From a virus (lineage: Duplodnaviria > Caudoviricetes), in the IMG/VR virus record IMGVR_UViG_3300036045_000513, positions 1,201 to 65,200 of that record: a stretch of DNA of 64,000 nucleotides. One strand, 5' to 3'. The notes below the pieces were generated by a model. It ran no database searches. It was not told the origin of the DNA and saw only the letters and a list, made by a program, of their open reading frames with translations. Position numbers and translations under genes: made by a program. Positions 63,701 to 64,000 of this stretch are shown in pieces. The number at the start of each line of letters is the position of its first letter. The first letter of the stretch is position 1.

Positions 63701-64000
63701 ACCGATGCCCTCGGGCGCGAGTACGGCGTGCTCGAGGCCCTAGCGAGCTCGGTCGGGGTGAAGTTCGATCGCTTCCCGCCGGATGCGACGATGCTGCGCC
63801 TGGCGATCGAGCGCCGGCGGGCCGCCGAGGAGATCGAGCTCAACATCCGGCGCGCAGCACGGCGCGTTGCCACAGGCGGGATGGACCGGGACGACTTCGA
63901 CGAGCTCCGCGATCGCGAGATGGCGAAGCTGCGGGCGATCAACGAGAAGCTGGCGACGCGGCTCGCGGCGGCGAGGCGGCTGCAGGAGGCCGCGCGGTAG
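51785..64000 (+). CDS. 4071-aa DarB-like large polyvalent virion protein
   Basis: InPase-like (SIENP.GS.RSG..HYGY..G.DGD.VD, about 55940-56340); SF2 helicase (GTGTGKT, DEAHN, SAT); adenine MTase (LEPSAGHG, NPPF); zincin HEFLH near 60000; YHGSPHDFDKF domain near 60420; helical C-terminal region. Confidence 0.9.
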   Translation: MAEQFLGFLDEPGGPASPAAAPERPAPARDRASAAERDLRSRMFTPEESDQILAREVQPDARAAFRRAIDAERDPKAKAILLSEYERDAERATRLAGQTPAATGDQPIEEPTAETMPVRAPRARRVAAPATRHVPELVGFLDDRPLEEPAAAKPKPAGAGLGTRMADLGVSAAAGVGSLVEMGGTIARLATGEDNFVRQFGEEVREYWEGRKSEDLKAREQTRRQRIDSTEGEFGKAIAAISATISDPPLFAAFLAEQIPQFIPGMAVGRALTGVATALKAGEAATRAAGIGGAVAAGAAFQGADIAGDTIERLLKLPDHVWAQHPGFAAAVAAGEDPAAAKQRIATQEGRQAFALAGAVSALAQAIPGGTTIERVLAGVGGRGGGFLRGAIKGLVGEGISEGVEEGSGQAIANLGVQSVDPSQSLTQGVGEATGLGTLMGGTFGGALGGFQRPGEPPRAKPKDEDGAVPVEEVLGPQPGQSGGGATVDRNQAATVASNLMPVPVQVSQPTQEEQQRQAVDRLTEIEARERELSQLVAEGNTDTSDDMAKLRAANAKVEFRVLERERRQIVTAMGGENAARDVMAGSRPVMQVSADGEASPVEAAGPVGAGTSLSSPPGSLSTPPAAVETPEDAPTPAELKAEALSQKRSEIAKREAAKRAKIDIGKDSLLTAIAKLGGLKRDQAIGEWGLDPKGIPKSGLFGRPILRATGGNTLDAMGEKLAELGYLPVDEHGKHDLASFEALLDRELRGEPQYTPEGWEARARAEREAEVPEAEAAAIAPPPDVAALPAPQSEEIDALELSPEDIAEFERHDAGEQASAEALVEGLRGRFDGTEAESLVDKLIERAAIETQDQPASAFHAAIIRGVREVKARAQDPQGQPAPQERGTDREAGEAPPARGPPKGGPAERPAQEEAPALELAPQSPDDLRRRDDESKARAEAIRKEQERAAAPPPADFTLTGSDRPADQAAARGQGGLFEKPEPAAPATDQAGPRGEAGPSSVPGQATATPAQAQVRPSAPPESVGQVPAPAVAAPEESATPAAKVKAEAERAKQPRKGKAADSKPTKPPAKQKPIAAEIDRAKEKQARADLDAALGELGELLGKNVKKNITPEQEQKLLPILTRVFDAAFRLGYLKFKQAARFVLETIRAKFGNDIADKITIDHLQGAYIALGRDGKSSKSEVISYDSLASLVAESDAGVESSASEVSANGLVANPEALTNLSAVQPGAKERRSRGDVEPLRSVYRLMRRIAEDREVLDSVVRSIPVDVVNVLRREEFSPESLFHNPSVLENLAGLRGNAPVSGGVSAARAVIEATAAFAAKPAGAEHLRGASFDLDAALNAIEGGRSGSPSGERIVPTESTALEAAAAEADTSPSEAQKDANNYRHGHLTVAGLDVSIENPAGSTRSGTGTDGKPWSVVLRSHYGYLRGTEGADGDHVDIFIKPGTPQDYDGPVFIVDQTKRNGHFDEHKLLLGWPTINEASGAFLENYDDPEAAKKRIRKVTEWTLPELKAWLESGKRERPAAESTIPTEAPNATSRDPDLERDRSEPDPQERVGEGAFLPTAGRDDRGDGQTGDLFGEARDPESGHPRLPDRRTTPRGEPGDQPIHRGDGELGTESGTAGSDQRRGSAPVRYPGVQPDAAAGGAAERTARTLVGLEQKRLAQRAAEKIPVQTGDLDNIRATLPYLLEGQQDDVKFAEDRFAAGGYGVLFTNGTGTGKTLVGLGIIKREARRGNEDILIVAPSDTILKAWIDSGSELGLKIQQLADTQTNGGRGITATTYANFQQNASLVKRQWGLVVFDEAHNLNQNKTGETTEAMRAMHAVAKHPNRGSYDFAKRLYPEEWAAYERASELAESYVRRRAPVPPEIRAELERARAAWQAAEAKAKPAWEARPRSRAVFLSATPFAYHKTTDWAEGYLFDYAPVEDAGYNKRSGGQDAFLIEKFGYRLRTNKLTEPEAGVDVSLMEIQFNQWLKDQKVLSARVLDVDADYDRRFILTESALGRLVDDGIDFLRDGGDYKSGHKWEPLWANLKANWQYHDRLYLLEALKARAAVPMVKKHLELGRKVVVFHGFNKGGGFHPFRFTKSPGRTVTYTVNQRPVTVKWDDLVDEFEKARPDLAKADFDGLGSPLTTFKKAFPDDAVFFNGTVSPKERLRAKNGFQIDNDPAVIIVVQQDAGGAGVSLHDQTGKHPRVLINLGLPIKPTQTIQTEGRIYRVGQASDAMFRYLNTGTNFERWTFASVISERAGTAENLALGAEARRLKDSFVEAFQDSGDANIGPDEGTGGKARDRADRRTITDFDKAITYYYAKQKRAERRDNRQGVDYFATPEPLALKMVEWAGIRPGDELLEPSAGHGAIARWFPRLNKAKMVEPSFELGTQAALVSGAELVGGRFEDHNIVNKYDAIVMNPPFGHGGSTAMEHLNKAAGHLRDGGRIVALIPTGPAADKAFEKWLYGDEKDKGLNYAAGMYLAADINLPRVTFERAGTSVAARIVVLDRINDVKTAEKVPQQVSRDWREFESIKDFFERIREAEMPGRPEVTKVQAATAKEKARGATVKAGKWSFVLAPDKTASGRETFTAKPTERVGDEFRSMASKAKSAGGYYVRGFGKFAFYSEADRQKFLDSLGGALSIDDATLPRDDDPTPEEGAPLESLRALFAAKSGLAIPEGSITRAPIPPALQPLAEWVRVRFGTEVVAYRVGEGAPRPIASIAGANLGGRLYIRANERGRAHLTVLGHEFLHQLRRDDEALYQEFIRLVRPYIDAGRYVDFFAAAKEKGYAEGEIFEEFMADVLGDAFTSESFWQTLGRQNPTLLERVYAVLRSLVQAARQALGGQTRMGPYLTDYDRVMRMAGVVVAKYAVRAEAQRAGRKGEGKLHRAYHGSPHDFDKFSLQKIGIGEGAQAYGWGMYFSSKKEVAEWYKRELKGRSPEAVRRAELQQQIDSLLAKESRARGEARHDRADELLRQAGALSDERDAIPEPKGRLYTVDLAPPEDSYLDWDRPLSEQSERVKAALATAGLAGPTPTPKWSPRADGGQEYRDWRGNRLGEFIPNKAGGYDFYHTASGNLKFDYRGWAKTQEAARAEIERGSQQEWINAPMLGRDLYGNLAKSLMRRLSGEELLDFKNQIGAFDSSQEAASKYLLSLGIPGLTYKGATSGERNYVIFDDSLVRIEGKLSVDATTDDILAPRARVAPLDAIARGVSTATGLTPASKWIIDQLLTKIGDRVPESVKAGVVDKYGLDEPYKQRRALAFASIRGHYRDGQRFIDALGQITRAEARIMHEWMTNPEARTDELERQLKPEQLERLKAMREHVDKIGLEAVRLGDLSNEVYERHKGAYLHRSYLRHEVEATEGEQRARARAVRILGDQYNLRGIKHEVSPDQVLSVLPKEWGLRAKKRGVEATFLGKKFIRFERYQNRGEGTATLDGMPDPAGKGKLLEVAYWPEGEAVPARLGDWYREQTWEARWAKGDKIVMHRDFTPDEQQKMGVIDEVRFAVARTLQKMGHDIEISRFLEWIADTHAKPDGKLPAGAIRVPAKEGLWRAFGKDEWVQVPDTEIGKTGVKKYGKLSGLWVPGPIWNDVRQLRTMGAFGPEWFQSMMRSWKLMKTALSPAVHMNNTMGNVFMADWHDVGARAIKDALEVMAKPEAPAHKQLIEEFEDDGGTQGMYVLSELQKNQLKPLLDQLRAEIAENGETIQTQVSAAHVATLLGERRFADAWAAAKLSKPGNFIRRGGQFMIDLYQDEDTVFRLAAYIQARRDGKSRLEAGKFARESFLDYDINAPWVQMARQTIFPFISFVYRAVPMIVRTARDRPWKLLKLAAVAGALNALAYAATGADEDDEREALPDEKRGKVLGFLVPKLLRMPWNRDGNPVFLDIRRFVPVGDIIDFEQTHTAIPVPPPMVPSGPIAILFELVLNRSAFTGQPIVKETDTLAEAAQKVLNHAYKSFTPNLPGLPATYSTERLMKAARGETDALGREYGVLEALASSVGVKFDRFPPDATMLRLAIERRRAAEEIELNIRRAARRVATGGMDRDDFDELRDREMAKLRAINEKLATRLAAARRLQEAAR
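54405..54548 (+). CDS. nested +1-frame basic peptide (47 aa)
   Basis: TGC-TATCAT extended -10, GAGG RBS, VLKIPKDNPHRKSAVRIAKLAKRLL... Confidence 0.4.
   Translation: MLKIPKDNPHRKSAVRIAKLAKRLLRAGRPKVAPPSDPLKKKPRPSS
55328..55828 (-). CDS. HNH endonuclease nested antisense in the giant gene
   Basis: C..CG, FCSKRC, GYRR, EHRWVMEQALGRKL..EHVHHINGDRTDNRIENL, C-terminal HTH; RBS AGGAGA precedes ACG (55828); next ATG at 55771. Confidence 0.85.
   Translation of the reverse strand, partial: TPAFNCIQCGVEVKRSASKMLRPGRFCSKRCSGLYHRTGCTDAAGYRRVASESGQVFEHRWVMEQALGRKLLPTEHVHHINGDRTDNRIENLAVLSDSAHQAIHAPQRLDIAAAAALFRSGLNCTEIGERLGVSHETVRTHLRRAGFDTRIGLGNKRSQRVVRDHL
56391..56756 (+). CDS. nested +1-frame helical protein (121 aa)
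   Basis: TACAAT, GAGG RBS, ATG; globular-looking sequence where the main frame is linker-like. Confidence 0.6.
   Translation: MLQVATPIWNAIAANQILKNEWARALFSLPPGEMIAEMDRQATSLAKRGIPNPVILAYQTVAPLLAENLAISRFIAETENLGLRAALPEVTSVAEALLYAIPEYNLTQPQAAQLRELLERL
59709..59987 (+). CDS. nested +1-frame basic ORF (92 aa)
   Basis: TGC-TACACT extended -10 ending 8 nt before ATG (leaderless geometry). Confidence 0.35.
   Translation: MTTLRQKKARRWRAFERSLRQKAASLSRKGQSLGPQFLPHSNRSPSGSVYVSAPRLSPTEWVKVLRARSHLSLERILADAFTSERTSGDEHT

Noticed and set aside
1-64000. tRNA/rRNA genes, integrase, reverse transcriptase/DGR
   Set aside because: None recognised by eye; tRNAscan-SE, Infernal and HMM searches would be needed to exclude them

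Overview
High-GC, lambdoid-organised tailed phage (prophage or free) segment with a Bcep22/Lessievirus-like podovirus late region. 1-10.7 kb is a leftward early operon: small accessory genes, pentapeptide-repeat protein, Gp37/Gp68, Ref-like nuclease, KTSC, exonuclease and RecT-like SSAP. 10.7-12.4 kb is a cI/cro/cII switch with a recurring AGCC-N6-GGCT operator. 12.4-22 kb holds replication, helicase, DNA methylase, nin-like and Q-like genes. 22-64 kb holds terminase, portal, accessory fibre-like genes, N4-gp56-type capsid, GH19 lysis cassette, tail and ejection genes, and a 4071-aa DarB-like polyvalent protein. The main finding is at 5738-6897: a strictly 18/36-nt periodic array of two alternating 10-nt repeats with unique 8-nt spacers, directly upstream of a nuclease-less IS110/Nop-domain gene. 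This is the layout of a TIGR-Tas (TasA-type) RNA-guided system, here embedded in the early operon. Also notable: an antisense HNH gene and three +1-frame ORFs nested in the uninterrupted giant gene, a parS-like palindrome, distal operators, and a moron flanked by 16-bp direct repeats. All calls come from reading the sequence and recognising motifs; no database searches were run.
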